Position numbers and translations under genes: made by a program. A stretch of DNA of 63,892 bases, the filler included, from Basidioascus undulatus (taxonomy: Eukaryota): NCBI GenBank assembly GCA_000826855.1. It is 5 parts of 5 records of this genome, joined end to end, with 100 filler letters (N's around TTAATTAATTAA, not from the genome) between each part and the next. Parts side by side here need not be neighbours in the genome. Positions count along the whole stretch, not along the records: positions 40,285 to 53,604 come from JTLS01000825.1; positions 53,705 to 63,892 come from JTLS01001167.1; 3 more parts are not named here. One strand, written 5' to 3'. This document shows positions 51,206-60,383 of this stretch, in pieces; the stretch's first letter is position 1, and each line of letters opens with the position of its first letter. A model generated the notes under the pieces. It was not told the DNA's origin. It made no database searches and saw only the letters and a list, made by a program, of their open reading frames with translations.

Positions 51206-53604
51206 TGTCGAGCTGGCGGCGGCGGGGGCCTCAGACAGGAATTATAGGCGCGGGTGGGGGGGATGATGGTGGTAGAAAGGAAAGAGTGAGGAATGGGAAC
51301 TGGCAGGAAAGAAACGAGTGGCGGTCGCCGACTAAGCGGAGGTCGAGAGCTGGCAAGCAGCGATCCGACGCGCGAAGCCAGCGGCAATCCGACGCTGTGT
51401 GTCAGTCGGACATTCCCCGGAGACAAGCCGGAATCCAGCCTCCAACAGCCTCGCGGCAGTACTCCGAGTCCAAAGGTTTCAGTCTAGTCATTCCCGCTCA
51501 TTCGGAAAGGATATCACTGTGTTTTGAAACCACAATACTGTACATAAAAGGCATAAGGGTAAAATTCGCAACCTTTATGTAGCCGAGTGCCTGTTGTGTC
51601 GTGTCGGCTTGTGCCAGCCGTCGATTTGTTTGCGTGTCGGGTTGTCACCCAGCATATGCATTATGGAAATCCTAACTTGAAATTTTTCTGAATTTTCGTT
51701 CATGTCGAGGCGTGAGGCTTGCCTTCGAGTCTTGCCTTGGTCTGTCAGCTCTTTTGTAGGTGGCAGTCGGCAGAGCTGCCAGGCTCCTGAACAGTAACAT
51801 GACTCAGGGCCGCCGTCTGCATTTTGGGAAGAAAACATCATGCTTCTCTACCTATTCTACCCTCATCGTCTAAGCAGTTTTCCACGGAAATCTCGCTCAG
51901 TGTTAGTGACTGGACGACGGAAGGTCCGGTTAGTAACCTTGCGCGGTCGGAATTATTACAATACTTACACTTGAAAGATGTCCCAAAGAAACCAACAGTG
52001 TGTATACTTTCTTGTAGTCCAAAACCTCATTTCATCCTTGGAGTACAAGATACGTGTGCACCCTGCTTTTACTGAGACTTGCCTGACCAGCTTCCTGTTG
52101 CTTGCGGTTACATGTACAAAGGCGTGCATCTGTTCAGTGCTCTTTCATCGAGTACAATAGATTCTTTAGGTGAAGGTTAGTTAGGTTCTCTCGCGCACAC
52201 TCCACCATCCTCCGTGGCGTTCCCATTTCATCCTATCCACTCGACATCCCTCCAGTTCGACGAGTTCTGCTAATGCAGTCACATCCGCATCCACCGTCCT
52301 CTGTGGTGCACAACGAAGTTGCCCCTATGCTGAGCATCAGGCAATCTTACCATCCAATAGGGCATCTTTGTTACGCTCATGGTATTTTACAAGCCCTCTG
52401 TCTTGCAACAATAAGCTATAATGTTCAATCCGACTCAACTTGGAAACGTTACAGCGACGCAGTGTTGCCATACACAATGAAGCATGCATAACCTAAAAGA
52501 CCTTTCGATGCCTTGGTGTGTCATAGTCCGTAACTGGAAAGCTTCCAAATATGTCCCCATGCCACGTTGCTGGAAGGGCCGAACGGCGGCACTGCACGGC
52601 TGCAGCCACAACGTCCTTGCCTCCTGCGCACGGCTTTGAACTCTCCAAACTTACATTTGGCCAATCTGAAAAATCAACAGACCTGCGAGAAGATATATGC
52701 TGCGTAATGCAAGGGTACATGGACAGGGCAGCAGGCGAGTGTCTGGGACGATCGTTCTTTTTGGACAGTTTTGAGCCGCTCGTCTGCCAAGTGCAGACAC
52801 CAATTTGATGACAAGCATACTACTGTTTTCATAACTGCAGGGAGGGAACTCGATTTCACAAATCAACCGGGTTGCTGTCCATGAACGCGAGCATCGGTTC
52901 AAGGGCGTATGCCTAACTCTCAACGTACAGCCTGGGCGTCTGGGGGATTGTGAGCGTCCTCGGGTTCCTTTGGTTTACATTCTACATTTTCGGGCCATGC
53001 GTTTTGGCGGTGTTGTGGTACAGAGTGCTGTGAAAGTAGTCAAGGAGAGCCAACGGCGGAGACTGCCCCGTCCAATCCTCCGGCATAGTGACTCCTTGTC
53101 CACTAATACATACATTCAACGAGCGTACACACTGGACTAGGTCCTTTTCTATCGTCGGCCGGACGCCGAAGATACACGACGAGAAGGAAAGCTGCACTGC
53201 GCTGCCGGTGGCGGTGCACTGGCTGCGCGTCGTGCCCGGCGCGTGATTGTCCTCCGTCCCCCACTCTCCCCTTGGCCAATGTGTTCCGACCTAGGTGTTC
53301 CCTGCCCCTGATCATCGCGGTCTATTGCACACCCGCCATCCGAGCAGCCGTGCTCGCCGTTGCCATAGCAACCAGCCAATCGAAACAAGTGACGAGGCCA
53401 GCGACAGCTGACAGCGACGCACGCCATACGCGATGCTGCCTGCGCCTGTGCAGCTCGATAACGAGCGGGCGATTGCCCTCGACCCTCTCCTGCACCTGCC
53501 CCACAACCACCACACCCACCACCAGCATTCTCCTTCGCCGCACCAGCTCCCCCCGCCGCCCCAGTCCCGCACAGGCTCGCCCGCCCCCCCCCCCCCCCCG
53601 CTGC

Positions 53605-53704
53605 NNNNNNNNNNNNNNNNNNNNNNNNNNNNNNNNNNNNNNNNNNNNTTAATTAATTAANNNNNNNNNNNNNNNNNNNNNNNNNNNNNNNNNNNNNNNN
53701 NNNN
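53605..53704. other. Artificial contig linker (nuclear to mitochondrial contig)
   Basis: N44-TTAATTAATTAA-N44. Confidence 0.99.
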
Positions 53705-54126
53705 ACCTCTCCTCTCACTACGCTTTTCCGCTCCCCCTTCTTCTCTGCTCTTAAGAGCCGGAAGAGAGCAGAAGAAAGCAGTGGGGGAGGGCAGACTCGT
53801 AGTGTGCACAATTGAGCCATTGTTTCACTCCCCTACGGACTGCTCTCTCTCTCTTCTGGGGAAGAAGAAGCCCTGCTCTCTAACCCTAATAAGTAAGAGA
53901 AGGCGAAGCCCTCCCCCCCCTAATGGGAGGGCATCACTCTAACCCCCTGCATCTGCATCAGCATTTTGATGCGTTGCTCTCTTCCGGCTCCGCTCTCTCT
54001 GCATTTTGATGCGCTCTGCTCTTAGGAGCCGAGAAGAAGAGCAGTCTGCCCTCCCCCACCGCATCAGAATGCAGTGCATTAAAATGCAGAGAGGAGAGGT
54101 ACGGCAGAGAAGAAGAAGAAATGCGC
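53705..54126. repeat. Mitochondrial spacer built of shuffled short repeat modules
   Basis: CTAATAAGTAAGAGAAG, GCATTTTGATGC, CTCTTAAGAG and GGGCAGACT modules, shared with the other spacers. Confidence 0.85.
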
Positions 54127-54343
54127 TAAAGGGAGCAAGTGCGAAACGGAGCACAGTCCGTACTCCGATGCCGTGTGACCAGACTAGTAACCTGGCACAC
54201 TGCCGTACTCGGCTTAGCTCCAATCGTCACGCTACCGTACACTGCTCACTCGCACTGACAGTTCAGCGTGACTGTACTCATCAGTGAACGGATTGACTCC
54301 AGACTCAAGCCGAACCGGTGCCCTAAGGACCCATGCGCTCAGG

Positions 54344-54610
54344 ATGAGCCTACCACTGGTGCTGTTCCTGATCGGCGTGCTCGGATTCGTGCTCAACCGA
54401 AAAAATATCTTGCTGATGCTGATTTCGGTTGAGCTGATGCTGCTGGCAGTCACACTGCTGGTACTAGTCAGCTCGCACGCGTTCGACGACATCGCTGGTC
54501 AGACGTTTGGCGTGTACATCATTGCTGTAGCCGGTGCTGAGTCGGCTATCGGTCTCGGTGTACTCGTTGCCTACTATCGACTGCGCGGATCGATCACCAT
54601 CTACACGTAA
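54344..54610 (+). CDS. nad4L: NADH dehydrogenase subunit 4L (mitochondrial)
   Basis: MSLPLVLFLIGVLGFVLNRKNILLMLISVELMLLAV...AGAESAIGLGVLVAYYRLRGSI; TAA directly abuts the nad5 ATG. Confidence 0.98.
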   Translation: MSLPLVLFLIGVLGFVLNRKNILLMLISVELMLLAVTLLVLVSSHAFDDIAGQTFGVYIIAVAGAESAIGLGVLVAYYRLRGSITIYT

Positions 54611-56587
54611 ATGTATCTAGCGATCCTCGCCCTGCCACTTTTCGGCTCTGTCACAGCTGGACTACTCGGACGTCAGATCGGCTCGTTCGGAGCGAAGCTG
54701 GTCACAACCGTGTGCGTCATGATCGCAGCGGTACTTGCCTGGCTTGCGTTCTACGAGGTCGGACTGGCCGGGTCACCGGTGACAGTAAATCTTGGGAGCT
54801 GGTTCAACTCTGAGCTACTGGTCGTCGGCTGGACATTTTATTTTGACAGTCTGACTGTAGCGATGTTGATTCCAGTACTCTCCGTGTCGTCATTGGTGCA
54901 CTTGTACTCGATCAGCTACATGCGTGACGAGCCACACGGACAGCGATTTTTCTCGTACCTATCGCTCTTCACATTTTTTATGCTTGTGCTGGTCTCCGGT
55001 AGCAACTACTTGATCATGTTCCTAGGCTGGGAGGGTATTGGCGTCGCGTCATACTTGCTCATCGGCTTCTGGTTCAGCCGTGTTCAAGCTAGCAAGTCAG
55101 CGGCCAAGGCGTTCATCACGAACCGAGTCGGTGACTACTCGCTCTCGGTCGGATTCTTCGCCGTCTTCTGGCTGTTTGGCTCACTCGACTATGCGACAGT
55201 CTTCAGCTTGGCTCCGTACGTTAGCGAAGACCTGTTGACAATCGTGGCACTGCTGCTGATTGGAGGAGCCATGGGTAAATCTGCCCAGCTTGGACTACAT
55301 GCCTGGCTCCCTGACGCTATGGAAGGTCCCACACCAGTTTCAGCTCTAATCCATGCGGCCACGCTTGTTACCGCCGGAGTTTACCTGCTACTGCGATCGT
55401 CGCCGTTGCTTGAATACTCTGGCACAGCGCTGGTCGTGCTCACCTGGCTTGGTGCACTGACTGCGTTCTTCGCTGCCAGCACCGGTCTGATGCAGAACGA
55501 CTTGAAACGTATCGTAGCGTACAGTACTTGTTCACAGATGGGGTACTTGTTCATGGCAGCCGGAATCGGCCAGTACGATGTAGCTATCTTCCACCTGGGA
55601 AATCATGCATTTTTTAAAGCGCTACTATTCCTAGCGGCTGGTGCTGTGATCCATGCGGTCGCTGACCAGCAGGACATCCGACGGCTCGGTGGGCTGGCAA
55701 GTTTCCTGCCGTTCACTTATAGCGCGTTCCTGATCGGTTCGCTGTCGTTGATGGCTGTGCCGTTCCTGACCGGATTCTACTCCAAGGACTTGATCATCGA
55801 GCTTGGCTACGCGAACTACGAAGTACTTGGCAGTGCCGTGTACTGGCTGGGAACCGCGTCGGCCGTACTGACAGCATTCTACTCACTGCGGCTGATCTCG
55901 CTGGTATTTTTCACAGTACCGAACGGGCCGAAGGCTGACTACTTGCACGTACATGAAGCCGATGCTATCACAGTCGTACCGCTGCTGATCCTGGCATTGT
56001 TCAGTATTTTTTTTGGGTTCGTAGCGCGTGACATTTTTGTCGGGCTCGGAAGTGACTTCTTCGGAGCTGCCCTGTTCACTCACCCGGCCCGTAGCTATCT
56101 AGTCGACGCCGAGTTCACACTGCCGCTACTGGCCAAGTGGTTGCCAGCCATCGGCACTGTTATCGGTGCTGGACTAGCGCTTTACCTTTACCATGCCGTC
56201 CCTGAGTTCACAGCCAACCTGACACGGACTCGACTAGGCTACACTGTCTACCGATTCCTGAATGGCAAGTACCTGTTCGACCAGGTCATCACACACTACG
56301 TGACTCACAGTGCCTTCGCACTCGGCCTGATCGCATCGCAAGTACTTGACCGTGGTGTCATCGAACTCGTTGGGCCGTACGGTTTGACTCAGGAGTTGAG
56401 CAGCGCCGCCGGACGAGTGTCAACCTACGACAGCGGTGTGATCACTACGTACGCCCTCTACATCGTAGTCGGACTGATCAGCCTGCTGCTACTATCGCTC
56501 GGTCCTGTGCTACTCGGACTCTCAGCCGACACCGCGGTTAACGCCGTACACCTTGCACTGCTGTACGCCGCACTGCTAGTCGCTTAA
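54611..56587 (+). CDS. nad5: NADH dehydrogenase subunit 5 (mitochondrial), intronless
   Basis: 658-aa ORF with GWEGIG and GKSAQLGLHAWLPDAMEGPTPVSALIHAATLVTAG, NHAFFKALLFL. Confidence 0.99.
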   Translation: MYLAILALPLFGSVTAGLLGRQIGSFGAKLVTTVCVMIAAVLAWLAFYEVGLAGSPVTVNLGSWFNSELLVVGWTFYFDSLTVAMLIPVLSVSSLVHLYSISYMRDEPHGQRFFSYLSLFTFFMLVLVSGSNYLIMFLGWEGIGVASYLLIGFWFSRVQASKSAAKAFITNRVGDYSLSVGFFAVFWLFGSLDYATVFSLAPYVSEDLLTIVALLLIGGAMGKSAQLGLHAWLPDAMEGPTPVSALIHAATLVTAGVYLLLRSSPLLEYSGTALVVLTWLGALTAFFAASTGLMQNDLKRIVAYSTCSQMGYLFMAAGIGQYDVAIFHLGNHAFFKALLFLAAGAVIHAVADQQDIRRLGGLASFLPFTYSAFLIGSLSLMAVPFLTGFYSKDLIIELGYANYEVLGSAVYWLGTASAVLTAFYSLRLISLVFFTVPNGPKADYLHVHEADAITVVPLLILALFSIFFGFVARDIFVGLGSDFFGAALFTHPARSYLVDAEFTLPLLAKWLPAIGTVIGAGLALYLYHAVPEFTANLTRTRLGYTVYRFLNGKYLFDQVITHYVTHSAFALGLIASQVLDRGVIELVGPYGLTQELSSAAGRVSTYDSGVITTYALYIVVGLISLLLLSLGPVLLGLSADTAVNAVHLALLYAALLVA

Positions 56588-56809
56588 CCCCTCTCTTCTC
56601 TCTCTTCCCTGCTCTCTAACTAATAAGTAAGAGAAGGCGAAGCCGGAGGGCTTCAAAATGCAGTGCTCTTCTTCAGCATCTTCGAAGTGATGCGGTGCTC
56701 TTCTCCTCTACGCATCTGCATCAAAATGCGATGCAGCGCATCAAAATGCAGAGGAAGAGCCGGAAGATAGAGCGGAAGAAGGACTACGGACCCCCCCACC
56801 GCATCAGAT

Positions 56810-56869
56810 GCAGTCCGCAGTCCGCAGTCCGCAGTCCGCAGTCCGCAGTCCGCAGTCCGCAGTCCGCAG
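56810..56869. repeat. 7-bp tandem repeat (GCAGTCC) x about 8.5
   Basis: Perfect array visible in the sequence. Confidence 0.95.
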
Positions 56870-57152
56870 GGGAAGAAGCAGGGTTTCGCAGAGGAAGAGA
56901 ACTCTGATCGTACGATAGTGTTACGCGCACTGTGCCGTAAACTCCCTAGCATCGTGAGACAATCAGCACGTAGTATCGGCAGGGATTGTCTGACCACTTG
57001 CCACTGACTCAGTACCAGCACGGCTTGGTCTGCAACAATCGCGTCTAATAGGCTAACTGTTGACTGCAGACCATTGACATCGCGAGACGTTAGGCTGAGT
57101 TCAGAGCGCAGGCTAATAGCATCACAGTACTGACTGCGTACGGTTACGCGGC

Positions 57153-57635
57153 AAAAAAAAAAGCGTAGCGCATTACTCTCTCTCTGCGAAGCCCTGCTCC
57201 CCTCCGCATCTGCATCAAAATGCGATGCAGGGGGAGCTACGCATCACTTCTTCTTCCAGCTCCCCCTGCATTTTGATGCGGGGGGAGCAGGGAAGAGAGA
57301 TGCAGAAGAAGAAGGACTAACTTATTAGGGTAAGACTAATAAGTTAGACCCTAATAAGTAAGAGAAGATGCAGTGCTCTGCTCCCCTTACTAATAAGTTA
57401 GAGAGCGGTCGGTACGGCGGAGGTACGCCGCAGTCTGCCCTCCCCCACTGCTTTCTTTGCATTTTGATGCGCTGCTCTCTCTTCGAAGGCGAAGCCCTGC
57501 TCTTCGAAGGCGAAGCCGGAGGGAGCTACGCATCAAAATGCAGTGCTCTGCTCCTAAGAGCGGAGCGGAAGGGGGAGCGGAAAAGCGTAGTCGGTACGGA
57601 GAGGAGAAGAATGCGGCGTAGGGGGGGAGGGGATT
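57153..57635. repeat. Mitochondrial modular repeat spacer
   Basis: Same modules; about 73 bp (57233-57305) recur exactly at about 59878-59950. Confidence 0.85.
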
Positions 57636-57675
57636 GACTGCGCGGATTCAGGGCAGAACGGCAGACTGATCAGGA

Positions 57676-58662
57676 TCAGTAGGGCTGGATGTCGAACGCG
57701 ACGAGCACGCTAGGCACCAGTACGACGAAGCCGATCGCGACAGGTAGCATGCCAGTCCAGCCGAACGACATTAGCTGGTCGTATCGGAGTCGCGGCAGAG
57801 TGGCACGGAACCAGACAAAGAGCAGCATGAACACGCAAGCCTTAACGCCAAGGATCAGACTCTGCAGTGAGAGCACGGATTCGTTGACCACTAGCTCAGG
57901 ACAGTCGTAGCCGCCCAAGAAAAACAGCGCCGATAGTGTGCTCATCAGAACAATTGAGTTGTACTCGCCCAGGAAAAAGAAGACGAACACGAGCGAGCCG
58001 TGCTCAGTGAAGAAACCGGCAACCAGCTCACTCTCAGCTTCGGGCAGGTCGAACGGTGTCCGGTTGGTCTCGGCTAGTACTGAAATAAAAAATAGTACGA
58101 ACACGGGCAACAACGGCACGATGAACCACACCGGAGTCTGAGCCTCAACGATTGAAGTGAAGTTGAACGAGCCAGTCAGAGCCAGTACAACCAGCAGGGT
58201 CGCACTCAACAGTAGTTCGTAGCTGATCATCTGAGCCGTTGACCGCAGACTTCCCAGGAGCGCGTACTTGCTGTTGGCTGACCATCCGGCAAACAGTGTA
58301 CCGTAAATGCCCAGCGAACCGATGGCTAGCGTGTACAGCACACCGAGCGAGTAGTCGCTGACAGCCAGTCCATTACCGAACGGAATCACAGCCCAGCCAA
58401 GCAGACTGAACACGAGCGTGATCACGGGCGCCAAAAAGAATAGAGTTTTGTCGGCGTGGGCTGGCACGACATTTTCTTTGACAACTAGTTTCAGGGCATC
58501 CGCGAACGGTTGCATCAGGCCGTAGTACCCGACTTTGTTGGGACCGACTCGCCGTTGCATCGCGGCTAGCACTTTCCGTTCGATCACGGTCATAAAGGCA
58601 ACGGCCAGCAGAATAGGCACCAGAACTACTAGCACTTCCAGGGCATGGAACAGCGTCGTCAT
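57676..58662 (-). CDS. nad1: NADH dehydrogenase subunit 1 (mitochondrial), intronless, ending in TGA
   Basis: ERKVLAAMQRRVGPNKVG...ETNRTPFDLPEAESELVAGF...RATLPRLRYDQLM. Confidence 0.99.
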   Translation of the reverse strand: MTTLFHALEVLVVLVPILLAVAFMTVIERKVLAAMQRRVGPNKVGYYGLMQPFADALKLVVKENVVPAHADKTLFFLAPVITLVFSLLGWAVIPFGNGLAVSDYSLGVLYTLAIGSLGIYGTLFAGWSANSKYALLGSLRSTAQMISYELLLSATLLVVLALTGSFNFTSIVEAQTPVWFIVPLLPVFVLFFISVLAETNRTPFDLPEAESELVAGFFTEHGSLVFVFFFLGEYNSIVLMSTLSALFFLGGYDCPELVVNESVLSLQSLILGVKACVFMLLFVWFRATLPRLRYDQLMSFGWTGMLPVAIGFVVLVPSVLVAFDIQPY

Positions 58663-59364
58663 GACTCACACAGGATTCCGCGCGCTCGACTCAGCTGACC
58701 ACAACTCGGCACACAGCCATAGCGCAGTCACACCCAGCGAGCATCAGCCTCTCAGGTCGCGTGCGATCCGAACCAGACCGCGCCCGATTCCTTTACCGCC
58801 CCTCCTTCTCTCTCTCTCTCTAACTAATAAGTAAGAGAAGGCGAAGCCGGCTCTCTTATTAGTTAGAGAGCAGAGCGCATCACTCTAACTTATTAGTCTG
58901 CCCTCTGCATCTTCGAAGTGATGCGAAGAGGAGAGGTACGCCGCAGCGCATCACTCTAACCCCCCCTGCATCAGTTCTTCTTCCGCTCTCTCTTCTCTGC
59001 TCTTAAGAGCGGAAGAAGAGCACTGATGCAGGGGGGGGTAAGAGAAGATACAGAGATAGAGAGCTGAAAATGCAGTACCAGTACAGACTCAGCAGGCACC
59101 CTTTCACTGCATTCTGATGCGGTGGGGAGGCCAACAATCCACAGCATCGTGAGACAATGACATAGTAGACAAGCCGGACTACAGCGCCACTCGACTGCTA
59201 AGGCCACACAGCCACGACCCGTGACTGCTTCGCCTCCTACTGCTACGCAGTAGTGAGACAATAGCAGCACTCTCTCTAACTTATTAGGGTAAGACTAATA
59301 AGTAAGACCCTAATAAGTAAGACTAATAAGTTAGAGTCCAACGGCTACAGTCCATACTACACGC

Positions 59365-59437
59365 TCGAAGAGACTGGATTCGAACCAGCAGCGGCCGTCA
59401 CCCAAAGACGGTATCTTACCATAGCGATCTCTCTTCG
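59365..59437 (-). tRNA. trnP: Mitochondrial tRNA-Pro (UGG)
   Basis: Minus strand: acceptor CGAAGAG/CTCTTCG, anticodon arm CCGTC-TTTGGGT-GACGG, T arm CTGG-TTCGAAT-CCAG. Confidence 0.9.
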
Positions 59438-59519
59438 GTACTGGTCAACCAGCTAGCAGCACCGGCTTCCTATATCATCCCCGTTAGCTCTTGTCTCAGG
59501 ATACGCGAACGGGACTCCA

Positions 59520-60296
59520 GCCGTACCTCTCCTCTTCGCATCAGAATGCAGTCATTGGGAGGGGCAGCATTCTTCTCCTCTCACTACGCTTCTTTTTTAT
59601 TTTTTTCTTTTTGATTTTTTTTTATAAAAAAAATCAAAACAAAAAATAAAAACAAAAGCAGTGGGGGAGGGCAGACTGCTCTCCCCCCCGCATCTTCAGC
59701 ATTTTGATGCGTTGCTCTCCGCTCTTAAGAGCACTGCATCTTCTCTTACTTATTAGGGGTTAGAGTGATGCGATGCTCCCTAACCCCCCCCCGCTCCTAC
59801 GGACTGCTTTTTCTTCTTGTGCTCTCTAACTAATAAGTAAGTGGAGCCGGAAGATAAAAGCGAATGCAGGGGGTAAGGGAGCTACGCATCACTTCTTCTT
59901 CCAGCTCCCCCTGCATTTTGATGCGGGGGGAGCAGGGAAGAGAGATGCAGTGCTCCTAAGAGCGGAAGGAGGAGCCATTCGCAGACAGAGGGAGGTGAAT
60001 GCCTCACGATACCTCAGGCCTACTCTCCCCCCCGCATCAAAATGCAGAAGCATCACTCTCTCTCTTCCGGCTCTGCTCTGCGAAGCCTGCCCCCCCCTTC
60101 GCATCTGCATCTTCTGCTCCGGGGGAGCGGAAATGCGATGCAGGGAGGGCATCACTCTAACCCCTAATAAGTAAGAGAAGATGCAGCGCATCTGCATCAA
60201 AATGCGAATGCAGAGAAGGAGAGCGGAGCACCGCATCACTTCGAAGATGCAGAAGAAGAAGCCGAAGGACGGACCCTAATAAGTAAGAGAAGATGC
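59520..60296. repeat. Mitochondrial modular repeat spacer with an AT-rich palindrome
   Basis: Same modules; A/T inverted repeat at about 59591-59660. Confidence 0.85.
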
Positions 60297-60383
60297 AAAG
60301 GGAAGTGCGGTCTGTGCCGACAGGAATGCTCGTTACCATTCGCACAATCGCCTGCTAAAGGAATCGGTGGCGATATGGATTTA

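Noticed and set aside
53433..53604. His/Pro-rich ORF start at the contig end
   Set aside because: Too short and low-complexity to call.
13334..53704. Periodic TTAATTAATTAA flanked by N every ~13.3 kb, and any gene cluster spanning these sites
   Set aside because: These are synthetic linkers between length-sorted contigs, so adjacency across them has no biological meaning.
56900..57150. Possible tRNA or rnpB in the unique island between nad5 and nad1
   Set aside because: It has a hairpin (GGTCTGCA...TGCAGACC) but no T-loop, cloverleaf or RNase P P4 consensus.
57300..60290. Repeated CTAATAAGTAAG motifs as a CRISPR-like array
   Set aside because: Irregular spacing, both orientations, shared spacer content, organellar context and no cas genes.
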